64,000 nt of DNA from the NCBI RefSeq assembly GCF_009914755.1, contig NC_060930.1; one strand, 5' to 3'. Below the pieces are notes generated by a model, which saw nothing but the letters and a program-made list of their open reading frames with translations, was not told where the DNA came from and ran no database searches. Positions 43,801 to 58,699 of the stretch are shown here, piece after piece. Numbering within the stretch: position 1 is the stretch's first letter; the number at the start of each line of letters is the position of its first letter. Both the position numbers and the translations under genes were made by a program. Origin of the DNA: the human T2T-CHM13v2.0 reference genome, Homo sapiens.

Positions 43801-46800
43801 AGATTTTCCAATTTATTAGCATATAATTGCTCACAGTAGCCACTAATTATCCTTTGAATTTCTGTGGTATCTGTTGTAATGTTTCTTTTTTCAGCTTAGA
43901 TTTATTTGGGTCTTTAGAGTTTAATTTATTTATTTTCAATTTTAATATTGATAAGTAAGGACTTACTGCTGCCATTTTGTTACTTGTTTTCTGGTTATTT
44001 TGTTGTTTTTCCTTACTCCTTTCCTTCCTTCCTATCTTTCTTTTACTGAAGATTATTTTCTCTAGTGTTATGAGTTAAATTCTTCCTTTCTGTGTGTATT
44101 TTAGATTTGATGTTGTGTGTTTTAGATTTTATATTACTATAAGGCTTGGAAAAGCTATCTCATAGCCCATTATTTTATACTGATAACAACTTAACACTGC
44201 ATAAACAAATAAAAAAGCACAAAGAAAACTAATAAAAACTGTAAATTTTAACTTCATTAACCCACTCTTTAACTTTTTATTGTTTCAATTTATATATTGT
44301 ACTCTTTGTCTTGAAATGTTGTAATTATTTTTTATTAATTCATCTTTCAGTCTTTCTACTTAAGCTAAGAGTATTTTACACACCACAGTGACAGTGTTAT
44401 AATATTCTTTGTTTTTCTGTGTACTTACTATTGCCAGTGAGTTTTCTAACTTTAGATGATTTCTTATTGCTCATTAGTATCCTTTTCTTCTGATCAAAGT
44501 CATCCCTTTAGCATTTCCTATAGGAAAGTCTGGTGTTGATGAAATCCTTCAGCTTTTTTTGTCTGGGAAAGTCTTTATTTCTCCTTCATATTGAAGGACA
44601 TTTTTGCTGAATGTACTATTCTAGGGTAAATTATATTCTTCAGCATTTTAAATATGTCATGCCACTCTCTCCTGGCCTGTAAGGTTTCCACTGAAAAGTC
44701 TGCTGCCAAATGTACTGGAGCTCCATTGTATGTTATTTGTTTCTTCTCTCTTGCTGCTTTTAGGATCTTTTCTTTTCACTTGTCCTTTTGGAGTTTCGTC
44801 ATTAAATGGTAGGCTTCTTTGAATTAAATCTGCTTGGTGTTTTATAACCTTCTTATACTTGAATATTAACATCTAGGTTTGGAAAATTTTTTGTTATAGT
44901 CCCTTTTAATGAACTTTCTACCCCTATCTCTTTCTCAACCTCCTGCTTAAGGCCAATAACTCAGATTTACCCTTTTGAGTCGATTCATTGTTTTTTCTTT
45001 TTAATTCTTTTTTACTTTTATCTTCTTTGTGTATTTTCAAATAGGCTGTCATCAAGCTAAGTAATTCTTTCTTCTGTTTGATCAATTCTATTAAAAGACT
45101 CTGATACATTTTTCAGTATGCCAATTGTATTTTTCAGCTTCAGAATTTTGCTTGATTCTTTTTAATCATTTCAGTTTTTTTGGTTAAGTTTATCTGATAG
45201 AATTTTGAATTTCTTCTCTGTGTTATCTTGCATTTCTTTGAGTTTTCTCAGCACAGGTATTTTGAATTATCTGTCTGAAAGGTAACATATCTCTGTTTAT
45301 CCAGGGTTGGTCCCTGGTGTTTTAGGTAGTTTATTTGACGAGGTCCTGTTTTCCTGGATGGTCTTTATGCTTCTGGATGTTCATCTGTGACTGGGTATTG
45401 AAGAGTTGGGTATTTATTGTAGTCTTTGCAGTCTGGGATTTTTCGTACCTGTCCCTTTTGGGAAGGCTTTCTAGGTATTCTAAAAGCCTTAAGTGTTGTG
45501 ATCTAACCTGTAGTTGCATTATGGCCATTCCAGCCCAATAATGCTGTGGTCCTTGCACACTCATAGAAGTACTTCTTTGATGCTCTTAGGAAAGATCTGG
45601 AAGAATTCTCTGGATTACCAAGCAGAGACTCTTGTTCTTTTCCCTTGCTTTCTCTTAAACAAACAGAATCTCTATATCTCTGTTCTGAACCTCCTCGAGC
45701 TAGAGGTGGGTTGACACAAGCACCCCTGTGACCAACATCAATATGACTGTGCTGGGTAAAACCTGAAGCCAGCACAACTCTGGGTCTTGCCTAAGGCTTG
45801 CTGTAATCACTACCTGGCTATGTTCACTGAAGGCCCTGGAGCTCTACAACCAGTAGGTGGTGAATCCAGGCAGGTTTGTGTACTTCCATTTAGGGTAGTG
45901 GGTACCCCAGGTCCCCAGCATGTCCAGAAGAGGCATCCAGTAGCCAGGGACTGGAGTCAAAAATCTTAGAAGTCTTCCTGGTGTTCCATTGAACAGTGGC
46001 TAAGCTGGCACTTGAACCATGTGACACAATTTTTCCCACTCTTCCCTTTCCTTTCCCCAGGCAGGGGAGCTCACCTACGGCCACCATCACCACAGGCCCA
46101 TGGGGAGTATTTTCAGGCTACTGCTGATATTCCCTCAAGGCCCAAGTGCTAGTCTGTCAGCTTGTGGTAAATTCTGCCAGGCCTGGGACACACCCTTAGG
46201 GGAGTGGGCTCCTCTCTGGCCCATGGCATGTCCAGAAATGTTATCCAAGAGCCAAGGCCTGGAAATGAGGACCCCAAGAGCCTGCTTGGTTCTCTACTCC
46301 TCCTCTGTAGCCAAGTTAGTACTTAATGTGCATGACAACATCCCCTTTACTTTCCCCTCTGCTTTTCTCAAGCAGAAGGGGTCTCTCCTTGTAGCCACCA
46401 CAGCTGGGAATGTGCTGAGTCTCTCCTGAAGCCAGCAAGTCTCAGTCTCACCCAAGGCCCATGGTATATTACCTGGATATCACTGTTGATTATTCATGGC
46501 CCAAGGGCTCTTTAGTCAGCAAGTTATGAATCTTGCCAGGACTGGCTCCTTCCCCTCAAAGCAGCAGTTTCCCTTTTGGTCCATGGTGGACCTAGAAATG
46601 TTGTACAGCAGCTAGGTTTTGGAAAGGGGGCTTCATGACTTTGACTGGTGCCCTATCCTAGTGTGGCTAAGCTGGTATCCAAGATGCAAGACAAAGTTGT
46701 CTTTACTCTTCCCTCTCCTCCCTCTAGTAAAGAGGAGGGGTGTCTTTTGGAGCTGCGAGCTGTGCAGCCCAAGGCTGGGGGAAGGCTGGTGCAAGCATTC

Positions 46801-47424
46801 CCTTAGCTGCCTTGGCTGGCTTGTGTTTCAGTAGGCCATGTGGCCCCCAGGTCTACTAGCTCTGAGCCCAGTTCAGCAGTGGGATACACCTAGGAGTTGC
46901 AGTCTTTGTGACCTAGACTGCCTCTCAAGTTTATTCAGAGCCCTACAGCCCATTAGCCAACATTTGTGAATCTTGCCGGAGCTCAAGTTCCAACCCCTGG
47001 GATAAGCAATTTCCCTCTACCTAAGGCTGGCTTAAATACTTACTCCATGGGTGCACATCAGCTGAGCTCAGCCTGGTTTTGCTTTCTACTATGACGGGGC
47101 ATTACTGAGTTTAATGCAATATCACAATTGCTGTGTATTCCCTCTCCCAAGTGTACAGTTGTTCTCTCCCTGACCTGTGGCCACTTCTGGGGGATGGCAG
47201 AGAGTGCCCAGTGCCCAGAGATGCTTTTCACACAATGGCATTGCTGCCAGGGGATGGAGTAAGGATGGTATAGGTGATTCAAGACTGTTTTTTCTATGTC
47301 TTCAGTGCCTCTTTCAGTGATATGAAGTTAAAATTAGGTACTGTTAATGCTAACTTAATGTTTTCTTCTTATAAGACTGATTTTTTGGTGTAGATAGATA
47401 TTAAATTTGTGTCCTTGTGGGAGA
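40880..47424 (-). mobile_element. Near-full-length L1MA (L1MA2/3-like) with internal deletion of the ORF2 N-terminal region at ~43917
   Basis: Order on the plus strand: 3'UTR, ORF2, jump to inter-ORF/ORF1, then long GC-richer 5'UTR (45400-47424). Confidence 0.9.
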
Positions 47425-47447
47425 GATACATGAGTTTTTGAATTTTG

Positions 47448-47577
47448 AATTTATTTTAAATTTCATGAGAATTCTTCTCACATTGCAATTTAAGGTCTAT
47501 TTAAAGAGATCACAGGGAGTCCATATAACCATAAGACATTGGGTAGACACAATTGGCATTGGTAACACAAGAATAAA
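47448..47577 (+). repeat. 130-bp copy of 49942-50072 at the L1 5' junction
   Basis: 7 substitutions and 1 indel versus 49942-50072. Confidence 0.95.
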
Positions 47578-47944
47578 TGTTAAATTTAAATATAAAATTT
47601 AAAATTTACCTCAAAATATTAAAAATTATAAATTTAAAATAAAATATGCTCAACTTGTTAATTTTAAATTTAAGTTTAAAAAGCTGAAAAAGTAATCTTA
47701 TTTAATTTGACATTTAAGGATAGTGGATAGAGTTGTGTATATAACATCCCTTTTTCTGGTTAATTATTCTGACATATCCACAAGGAAGAAAATATCAGAC
47801 ATTTAAAGTGCATCACTTGAAAAAATATATTCCTGAGGTTTTTATTATCATAAACGTTAGAAAAAAACTCATTATTCTAGAGAAAAATAATTACTAATTG
47901 TACTAATAATTAATTACTAATTAATTGTATTAATTTGTACTGTC

Positions 47945-48142
47945 TCTGCTGGAATAGGATAACTGAAAACATGCACCTAATTTTTCCTTCACTGTGCCCT
48001 GTTTGCCTTTTCCCTTTGCTGATTTTAATCTGTATTCTTTTGCAGTAATAAGCCACAATAGTAATTTTAATAACTTTTTCTGATTTCCCTCAATCATTCT
48101 TATGAGTCATCAATCCATAAATGGTCTTCAGGACTTGATATA
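47945..48142 (+). mobile_element. ERV LTR 3' fragment (MER21/MER77-like)
   Basis: ttccctttgctgattttaatctgtattcttttgcagtaataagcca... Confidence 0.65.
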
Positions 48143-48198
48143 GGAGGGGATCATAGCACCATTGACACAAGGAAGAAAAAAAGTTGTAGGCATAAAGA

Positions 48199-48476
48199 AG
48201 GATTGCTTCCAGGACCCCCACCAATATCAAAGTCCCTGGATACTCAAATCCCTTGTATAAAATGGCATCATCTTTGCATATAACCTATGCATATCCTCTT
48301 GTATTCATTGAATCATCCCTAGTTTACCTATAGTACCTAATATAATGTAAATGCTATGTTATGTATATTGTTTTTTATTTGTATTAATTTTATAGTTGTT
48401 AGGTTTTTTTTTAACATTTTTGATCCAGTTGGTTGAGTCTGTGAATGTGAAACCCATGGATATGGTGGGTCAACTC
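48199..48476. mobile_element. MER2 (TcMar-Tigger) MITE
   Basis: gattgcttccaggaccccc...cccttgtataaaatggc...gaaacccatggatatgg. Confidence 0.85.
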
Positions 48477-48599
48477 CAATCACAAATGGCACACTTTAGA
48501 GGGTACTCTTAGAATAAAAAAAAATTTAATAGGTGAGTTCTATAAAAATACATAATCTCTACCTTTTTGGCCTAATTAATATGAACTTTACTTTTTAAA

Positions 48600-48950
48600 A
48601 TGAAAATTTACATACAATAATATAGATAAATCTCAAATAGAGCATACTAAATAAAAGAAGCCAGCCAGAAACAAAAACAAAAACCAAAAAACCTCTATTG
48701 TGTATGTTTCCATTTATATGACATTCTTGAAAAGTTAAAACCATAGGGACAGAAAGCAGATTGGAGATTGTCTAGTGTTTGGTCTTGAGGTGGACATTTG
48801 GAAAATTTTGGACATATTGTAACTGTTTTATATTTTAACTGAGCAGTGGATTCATAACTGTAAACTGTAAAAACTCACAAAACTGTACACTAAAAACTAT
48901 AAATTATCTGTGTATGAATTAATTCTTAATATCTTAAAAATTAAAAAAAT
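48600..48950 (+). mobile_element. Old L1M 3' end
   Basis: aaagaagccag...ttccatttatatgacattcttgaaaag...aaaactcacaaaactgtacactaaaa. Confidence 0.75.
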
Positions 48951-49941
48951 CAGAGATTAAAAAGGTGAGAGTTCACTCAGTTTATTTCAACAAATATTTA
49001 TTTACTACCTTCCATTGTGCCAGGTGCTGGTGATATGGTGGTGACAAAGGATGAAAAGCACTACTCTCAGTAACCTGAAAGTGGACTGATGAAGAGATCG
49101 TGTGACAGCAACCAGTTGAAATCATCAGGCCTTTAATGAAAATCTACATTGCAAAATGTCTGAGGAGATGAAAGAAAAGGAAAGGGGAAGTCAGATTAGT
49201 CATGAAAACTCACGCCATTTATCAATACAATTCAAAGTCCAGAAAATACCACTACTCATTAAAGAAACAAATATTTAGGGAAGAGACACCACTAGCAAAA
49301 TCGAGGTATAATTTTAGTATTTATGTAATATATAGGTATTATATAGAAAAGTATTAATTTTAAAGAAGTACTTTTTATCAGAATATTAATGTTAATAAAA
49401 ATGATGGTGTATCAATTCAGTTTTCAAAGATAGATGGTCACCTTTCTATGAGAATAAATAGCTACTGTTTCAAGTTCTGTGATCTAGGAATCAAGGTTAT
49501 AATGTTAGTTGTTTTACAATGAAAGTTATAGTATCCACTGTAAAGACAGGGATTTTTTTATGTGAACAAGATTATAAAATGGAAATAGATACATATATAT
49601 CCAAGCTTTGGTCTCCATTACATAAACTGAAATCTATAAAATAAATTTAAAACTCAACTTGAAATATACATATGGTGAATAAAAACATTATATTGCTAGA
49701 AAGATTTGAGTCACTCTGTTTCTATAGTGTTTCTAAGCAATTTACTTTTTCTCTTATAGACACACATTTTATATATCTGAGAAGCTCTTGTCTTCCAATA
49801 TGCCTCAGTAATTTTCCGCTATAGCTAGCTGTCATGAAAAGATTTTTGATGCTAAAAGAAAGTTACTGATTTGTCTTATTGCTGAATCAGATTTATGTTA
49901 GAGTCATCTTTTCCTCTCAAGTTTCTGATACTCAAATCTTC

Positions 49942-50072
49942 AATTTATTTTAAACTTCATGAGGATTCTTCTCACATTGCAATTTAAGGCCTATTTGAAG
50001 AGATCACAGGGAGTCCATATAACCATAAGACATTGAGTAGACACAATAGGCATTTGTAACACAGAGAATAAA
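49942..50072 (+). repeat. Probable donor copy of the 130-bp direct repeat
   Basis: Aligns with 47448-47577. Confidence 0.95.
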
Positions 50073-50479
50073 GCATTTATATATTTAGTATTTACCCTAA
50101 GAGGAATATAAGAATAATCATTGTATAGCTTTAACGATATAATTGGTACAGGCCTCTGTTTTGTGTAATTTAGGCATAAGTAATGACATGACAATTATTG
50201 AAAGATATCAGGATTGATATTACCTCTATAAATTTTATATATATATATTTTTTCAATGACTAGTTCTTATCTTTTTATCTCCTGTTCGCTATTTCAGAGA
50301 CACATGTAATAATAACTCACAGATTTAAGATTACACACAATTATTCTAGTATTAGTTTTATCATTATTTTATTTTGTATTTTCAGCCAAGTAACTTAAAT
50401 TCTCTGGCTTTTTGTTTCCTTCACTGTAAATTGTAAAAACTGAGTTAGATGATTTCTCAGTTTGCCCTCTTTATTAATT

Positions 50480-50953
50480 TGAGTTTTCTTAAAAGTGGAG
50501 CTTGACACAAGTGTATATATGTCAGTAGTTTTGGAAGATGTCATTCATAGAGTAGGAATGAGGAGCAGGAAGAGTGAGAGTAGAAAAGTCTAATTAAAGT
50601 GTATAATCAAGGTTGCAGCTCTACCAACCCCATGGAAGCTGTGAGTAGTATATGAAATGCCTCCAAGAAATACTTGGGCAATGAACAGTCACACTGGCTC
50701 TCATCCTCTGTAGGGTGAGAATTATCCCTGAGGAAGATAACTCTCCCAACACTTCTGGGCTGCTTCTGTGCTTGGGTAGGAGCTGAGCAGGAACTCATGA
50801 CTTCAGGGAAATCCCTTAGGGAAGAGAGCAGAGTCATACAAAATGGATGGCTTCCATAGGACTCTTACTGGGCACAGAAAGGAACCCTTGACAACAGCAG
50901 GGCTAATATCGATTTCAAGAGACTGGGATTGTGGCACCATGAGTATCCAATAC
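50480..50953 (-). mobile_element. Old ERVL-type LTR (LTR16/LTR33 group)
   Basis: GC-richer block with degenerate ERVL LTR text ending ...ggcaccatgagtatccaatac. Confidence 0.45.
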
Positions 50954-51169
50954 TCTTTCAGAGGTAAAGATCACTATGATTCTTTAGGTTAAGGATGATA
51001 TTTCCTAAATTGAATTGAACATATATATAGTCCTGTGGAAAAAAAAAAGAGTGGGTAACAGGAACCAATAAAAATTATCATGATCCTCATGGTATCTGTA
51101 AATAGGGAATGATGCAGTATTGAGTAATTTGTTCATATTCCTTAATAATTTCTGAGAAGAAAGAGATAT

Positions 51170-51495
51170 TTTAATGAATTACTTAACTGTAATTGATAAA
51201 ACTGTATATATTATCATGTATAACATGATGTTTTGAAATACATATGCCTCATGGAATGGCTGAACTGAGCTAATTAACATATGCATTACCTCAAATCCGC
51301 ATCATTTTTTAATGGCGAGAACATTTCAAAACCATTCTCTTAAGAATTTTCAAGAATACAATACATTGCTGTTAATTATCATCAACATGTTGCACAATAG
51401 ATCTCTCAAATGTATTGCTCCTATCTTACTGAAATTTTGTATTCCCCTATTTACCCCAGCCAAACCCTAGTACCACTATCTTACTCTATGCTTCT
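51170..51495 (-). mobile_element. L1MA 3' end fragment
   Basis: aacatgatgttttgaaatacat...gctaattaacatatgcattacctca...ttgcacaatagatctc. Confidence 0.8.
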
Positions 51496-51924
51496 ACCTA
51501 GTACGTATATTGTAAATAGCATGGTAGTTTGAATTCTGAGATAGAAAAAGGTAACTTAACAAATAATGTCACTCTGATGAAAGATTCTTTAAGAACATCC
51601 AGTTATTAATGGAGAAGTTCTATCTCAGTAAGGTGCTTTCTAATTAGTGATATAACTTCCTAATGCCAAGGTATTGGAAAAGGGACATCTCTGTAAGTAT
51701 TTAGCGATATTTCCCATTATAAATAATAAATGGATTTGCTGATACATAAATCACTCTTTTTAGTTTAGTTATTGTAAATCAACCCATAGTGAGATATAAC
51801 ACTTGGATGAGGAAAGAAAAATTGAGTTTTAAAATATTCAGGCCTTAGAATTAAACCCTGCATAATGATGCCATAAGATACAGAACATGTATAGAGTTTA
51901 GTCTGGAGAGGAAGGATTATACCC

Positions 51925-52015
51925 ACTCATATAAGCAAACACACTCATATAAGCACACACACTCATATAAGCACATGCACACACACACACATAAGCACAT
52001 GCATATACACACACA
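51925..52015. repeat. Short tandem repeat (cactcatataagca) x3 grading into (CA)n
   Basis: Seen directly. Confidence 0.85.
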
Positions 52016-53866
52016 TGTTAAACCAAGCATCATCACATTATTAACTTTCAACTATGTTCATCTGAACCTAGAATATGTGTGGAAATGTTTAATGACTGCC
52101 ACAGGAGATACAGGTGAGGCTCCCAAATGATTTCTTTGTCCTCGTCTATAAAGATATGAAGAAATACAAACCAAAATAGCAACCATAATAAGTTAATGGC
52201 TATAACATGTTAATATGTCACATAAAGCTTGCATCTAAAGACTGCTTTCAGTATATCAAATGAAAGAAATGGCTTATGAAGGTATTGGAAATGAGATCAT
52301 CAGGAAAAGAGTGTGGGAAGGGGCTTTCCCATCACTCTTGTTTACGACCCAACTTAATAAACACACAGTATACTACTTTCTGCTATTCTTTTCCCTATGT
52401 TTCCCAATTATTTTGATAACATGCTTTACTACTGTGGCCAGTTTTTCTCCTGACTCTTTCACATAAATAAAGTGTCCATATTTCTGAAAAATTTTGTTTA
52501 TTCTGGGCTGAGCCAACCTTAATCTTTACCTGATTGCATACCTGATTGTGTCCTTTTTAGCTTCAGATATTTTCTAACAGTTGATAGCAGTGGGAACTTC
52601 AGGTAGAAATGGGGGATAAAAACAAGAATGTGGTAGAAAATAAACAAAAAGAAAAAAAAGAGGTAGAGATAAGGACTTATTCAAGCAATTCGTATTATGT
52701 AGCATATTTTAGAGGTTTAGTCCATGGTGAGCTAGGAATGTAATATAAATATGATACTATTTAAATACATTTTATAAGAAGAACCTAGAAGATTCAGATA
52801 AGATCATGCATCTGGAAGAATTGGTAACTCATTATATTTCATAAAATTTATTCTATATTATTGATAAGTGAGTGTGGTATTCTATGTTAAACTATTTCTA
52901 ATGAGCTATACAATATTATTCAAGGTAAACACCATGTGTGGTAGTTTGAATGTAAAACCAGAAAACAATTTAAAAACCAGTACTTAATGTGCATTGGGTC
53001 ACAAAGGGGTAGCTACAAAATCATGTGACATGTTATAAGAAGCACACCAGAACTTATACATTTAATCAGGTGTTACATGTGACAGTAGTGTCATTGTTAG
53101 TGGCTACTTCATTTATTCTATTTAGACCAAGTTTTCCCTGGAACTGTTCCATTTGACTGACTCCTGGAGGTAAAGAATCACACAAAAACTGTAATCTCAT
53201 TATTTGGAGAGTTGTCTTATTTTTTGTTTTATTTTCGTGATTTATCTAGCATGCTCTTCACCAGTCTTGAGTCCAGTGAGTTTTAACTGTTTCCAAATAT
53301 CAGTTCTACCTCTTGATTTCTGCCCCCCAAAAATATTGCCATTTTCCAATATTTAAAACTATGCTAATACTTCTCTGAAGTTTTCTGCAATAAAGCTCAA
53401 AAATATACTGGGCACTGTTAGAATAACTTTATAGACACATGCAGTGAATATGGAAAATAAAGCATCACCCGCATTTTCATTACATTTATACATTAGGAAA
53501 AACAGTTATCATTCAAGACATCATGCTTGGCACTGAGAGATTCCAGGAGATAATTCTGAAAGTCATATTTCAACAATGCCAGGCTAAAAGTGCTAGAACG
53601 ACTTGGCAACTCTAATAGTTAAATGTATGATAAAAATTATTACAACTGAAAACAATTTATGCTAAATTGCCATGTTTGAAAATGACAGAAATTTTGGCAG
53701 TAGCTATAATTCAGAATGTACCCATAATTTTCTACCATTGTAGTTTTCTTTACCCAAGCAAATGAAAAAGGTTAATTTTTTGCACTTCAAAATCTACAAA
53801 ATATTTTAGGTATCAACTGCTAGACTGTTATGGCTCTTCTTATACTGATATATTTGTATTTTGTAG

Positions 53867-53904
53867 TATGCTGGGCACAAATAAAAGACTGTACAGGAAA
53901 AATG
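53867..53904 (+). other. Candidate 38-nt exon
   Basis: Branch-like tactgat at 53843, atttgtattttgtag acceptor, consensus donor ATG|gtaagt. Confidence 0.4.
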
Positions 53905-53967
53905 GTAAGTAATTTAGCATTTGTTTTCTTATATTCCAAATACTCTTACATAAGTCTCTTTAAATGA

Positions 53968-55103
<1,136 letters not shown>

Positions 55104-55339
55104 GTAAGGACCTTAGGCTTTAGGTCTGAGACATAAATGAGTAATCAATGTTATGTATGTAAAGAACTAAATTCAGGCACATAAGAGTACATAATTTTAT
55201 CTTAGTCTCAAATTCATAATGTACTTGAGAATGGACATAAAATGATTACATTTTAAAATAATGTGTAACCGTTGCCAAGGGGGTGTTCACTTAATTTTGC
55301 CTGCTGGAAATACCACAGGCTTCTTTGAAATTAAAAAAG

Positions 55340-55465
55340 AAGGGCTGTAGATGAGGACTTAGAAGTTCAGTGGTTAAATAATTTGTCTAAAGTTGCACTT
55401 CAAGGGTAACAAGGGCAGTTTTGAGTTCTTAAATTTATTTTGTAAGGTCTGTTCTTTTGTTATAT
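55340..55465 (-). mobile_element. MIR fragment
   Basis: tagatgagg...ggttaaataatttgtctaaagttgcac. Confidence 0.5.
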
Positions 55466-55944
55466 AATAATGTTTTCTTCTCCCAGGCTGCTCTTCTAAA
55501 GGTGTCTGTCATATCCATTCTTCACGCAAACGCCAACATCATGCATGCAGTTATGTTTCTTCCACTTGGATGTTGCCTTCCCTTTTTGCTCATAAAGTTC
55601 TACTTTATAAAATTCCAGTCATTCCACCTCTACTAATCATTACTTTCCCTGAACCACTAATGAACTTTGGAGCTATACAAAACTGATTAGCACCTAAGTA
55701 CTTTTTTATTAAACTGTGTGATAGTTTTATATCTCTAAATAGGTTAGGTTGTAAACTCAACCTCTAAGCCCCTGGGACACATATATGTAAAATGCAGAAT
55801 ATGTATTGGCAGCACTGTGAACAACTGCTTATTTAATTGTCTCAGTGATTCATTTAGTTATTCATGCAATCATTTCATGCATCTTGGTGATTATTCCAAA
55901 TTCATATTATTTGTATGTTAAAGATTATACAGAATTTCTCATTC

Positions 55945-57215
55945 TGGTTATAAGAAGAAAATGGGACTAAAGTTACTCTCTCACATTACACTAGAAAAAC
56001 AGAGAAATATATATATAAAGCAATAGGTTATTTTTGTTTGTTTGTTTGTTTGTTTTACATATTGGACAATAAGCAGTATACAACTATTACCTCTGAGAAC
56101 AAAGACATAAGGACAATCACATGTTTGCCTCTATCTTACTGCCTGGAGGCAGTGTCCAGACTAAAAAAAGGGAAGGGAAACCCAGAGTCAGGCACTCTTG
56201 CTAAATTAAGGAGATAGAGATTGAATTTCAGGGAGGTCAGTGTGCCTAGAATTTGTGGGGCAGAATCTCAGAGGGAAGGAAACCGCAAAGAGAAGGATCT
56301 CCAGACGTCCTTAGAGGCTTCCCCTTGAGTATTTTTTGATTATCAATTTATATGTGAATACTATAGTAAGCAGTAAGCAAACAGTTCCTTAAGTTCTCAA
56401 AGGGATGGGAACAGTTATGTTTGCAACAGCAAGAGTAGAAAGACTTCCTCACATATAGAGCATTGGGTAGAGCCGAAAAATGGTATTGCCTTAGTAGTGG
56501 GGTTAAATTAGCCATATACTAAAAGCTGCTCTAAACCTGTCCTAGCTAATTTTAAAAGCAAGTCTAGAAAGAATCAAATTGATTCCAATACTTAACTACT
56601 TCTCAGATAAAATGCAATAATTTTCCAAGAAAAGAACAACAACTACAACAGCAACAAAAAGAGGACCCAACAAAGAAGAATTCGCAGTTCTCAGCAAGAA
56701 AAAAAGGTATCAGCCTTGCAAGGAAACAGGAATGGATGAATGGATGAACCACAACCTGAAGGAAAATCAACCAACAGAAAAGACACAAAAATTACAGAGT
56801 TGATCTTGTTAGTAGACAAAGATATTAGAAGTTTATGCTTAATATAATGTAGAAAAAATAATGTGAAAATTAGGAGAGAAATGGAAATATCAAATAAATC
56901 CAAATGGAAAGTACAGAGACAAAACCGTAATACTTGAAATACTACTACTGTGTGTTTTTTGGTATGTGCTTGAAGCTTTTCTTCCCACATATGGATATAT
57001 AATTGTTTTTTTAAAAAAATGCTAGAAAGACTTTTTTTTCTTTGAATTACTTTTGCACCTGTGTTGCAAATCGATTAATCATATATGTCTGTTTCTATTT
57101 CTGGACTCCTTTCTTGTTCCATTGATGTGTGTATCTATCCTTTCTTCGACGCCACACTCTCTTGATAGATGCAGCTTTATTTTAAGATTTGAAATCAACA
57201 GGCTTGAGTCCTTAA
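55945..57215. mobile_element. Old L1M: plus-strand 5'UTR/ORF1 start (to ~56940) abutting a minus-strand ORF2 fragment (~56975-57215)
   Basis: L1M 5' text followed by antisense catatggatat...tctatttctggactc. Confidence 0.6.
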
Positions 57216-58699
57216 CTTTGAATGGTGTTTCAATTTTTATAACATTGCATTGTCTTAATGTACAAATGCAAAAAAAGGATATATTGCCAGACATAATTTT
57301 GGAAAGAAAATGTGATATTTCTCAGCATCTTGATACTCAGAAAAGTCTAAGATTTAAAGAAAAACTTAATTCTGTTAAAAAACATAATAAAATAGCCTTG
57401 ATTGGAGTGAGAATCTTTCTAATATATATTTGCTGTTCAATTTTTTTCCATACTTTTCTCTCAAGTGAAAAGAAGTTTCTTTTCAAATTCTGTTTATCTT
57501 TGAGGTTCGTGAATATTATCTCTTCACTTTTAATTATTACTATGTATTCCAAGATGATTTTGCACCTCAGTTTTTGCTGTTATTTTCATTACTGAATATT
57601 TCATTTAAAAATGTTGAGTTTTATTCTAATTGTTCTCATTAAGGTATCATTCATGTATCGCTAATTCTTACATACTCTAAGTGCTAAGAAATGAGAAAAG
57701 ATCACTTGAGGAAACAAAGATGATTTTAAGAAGACAAATGGTCAAATTTCTTATATTAAATTAAAATAAGAAAATGAAACCTAAATTATGGCACAAAGTT
57801 AAATTTATGTAAGGGGAAGCATTAAATGACTATGATTGTCATTGTAAGACAAAGAAAGAAATGTGAAATCAATGCTTTTGTTTTATTCACTTTTTTATTT
57901 ATTTTCACTCAAGGCTTGAGCTCACATTTTATTTATATATATATGAAGACCTGTTCTTTGCAGCAAATATATTAAAACAAAATCTATTTTCAATCACATT
58001 TATATTTGGTCAATTGCATTATCTATAGCAATAATGTTATGTTATGTTTAAAATAATCATTTCTAATTATTCATGAATACAAAAAATGCTGTTCCCAGCA
58101 CCATGCTTTAAAATAGGAAGCCCTTATAACAACAAAAGTGTCTTCATATTGGCTTTCTGAAAAAGAAATTCTCATCTATTTATCTTAGAAATTAAATTTG
58201 TAAGCAGGAAGTATAGCCAAAGGAAAAATTTTCTTCTCAATTATTGTTTGTTTGCTTTTTGTCATTTTACGCAACCTCCAAGTTTCTGACCTAAACTTTC
58301 AACCATCAACTTAGAGTACTTGCTCGTCTTTGAAAAGGAAAAGTGAAGTGATCAGGACAACATTTTTCTTCCTTCATATTGAATATGAAGGATGTAAGAT
58401 AATAAAATGTTAGAATATGCTTTTCTTCTATGTTGTTCCCGCAGCTAAATATGAGACTATCAGTTTTCCAAGAGTGTATCTATATGGTAAATGTTCAGTG
58501 ACCTTCAAATTTCTTTGGCCATTTTATTTCTCTCCTAACATATTGTTTTATATTTACCCTTCTATTTAACTTCAGACTTTTTAGAAGTTTTCTTGTCTGA
58601 TTTTACCTTTAGTCTTACACTTTTTATATTCCCATAAACTTACAAAATTGATAGAACACTAGGAATGAACAATGGACCTTTTGGAATGCAGTGTGATAA

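Noticed and set aside
55470-55560. Strong acceptor-like ttttcttctcccag
   Set aside because: Lies in pyrimidine-rich, L2-like sequence with no good donor downstream.
57053-57595. 180-aa ORF
   Set aside because: Non-ATG start, begins in antisense L1 sequence, low-complexity F/I/L content.
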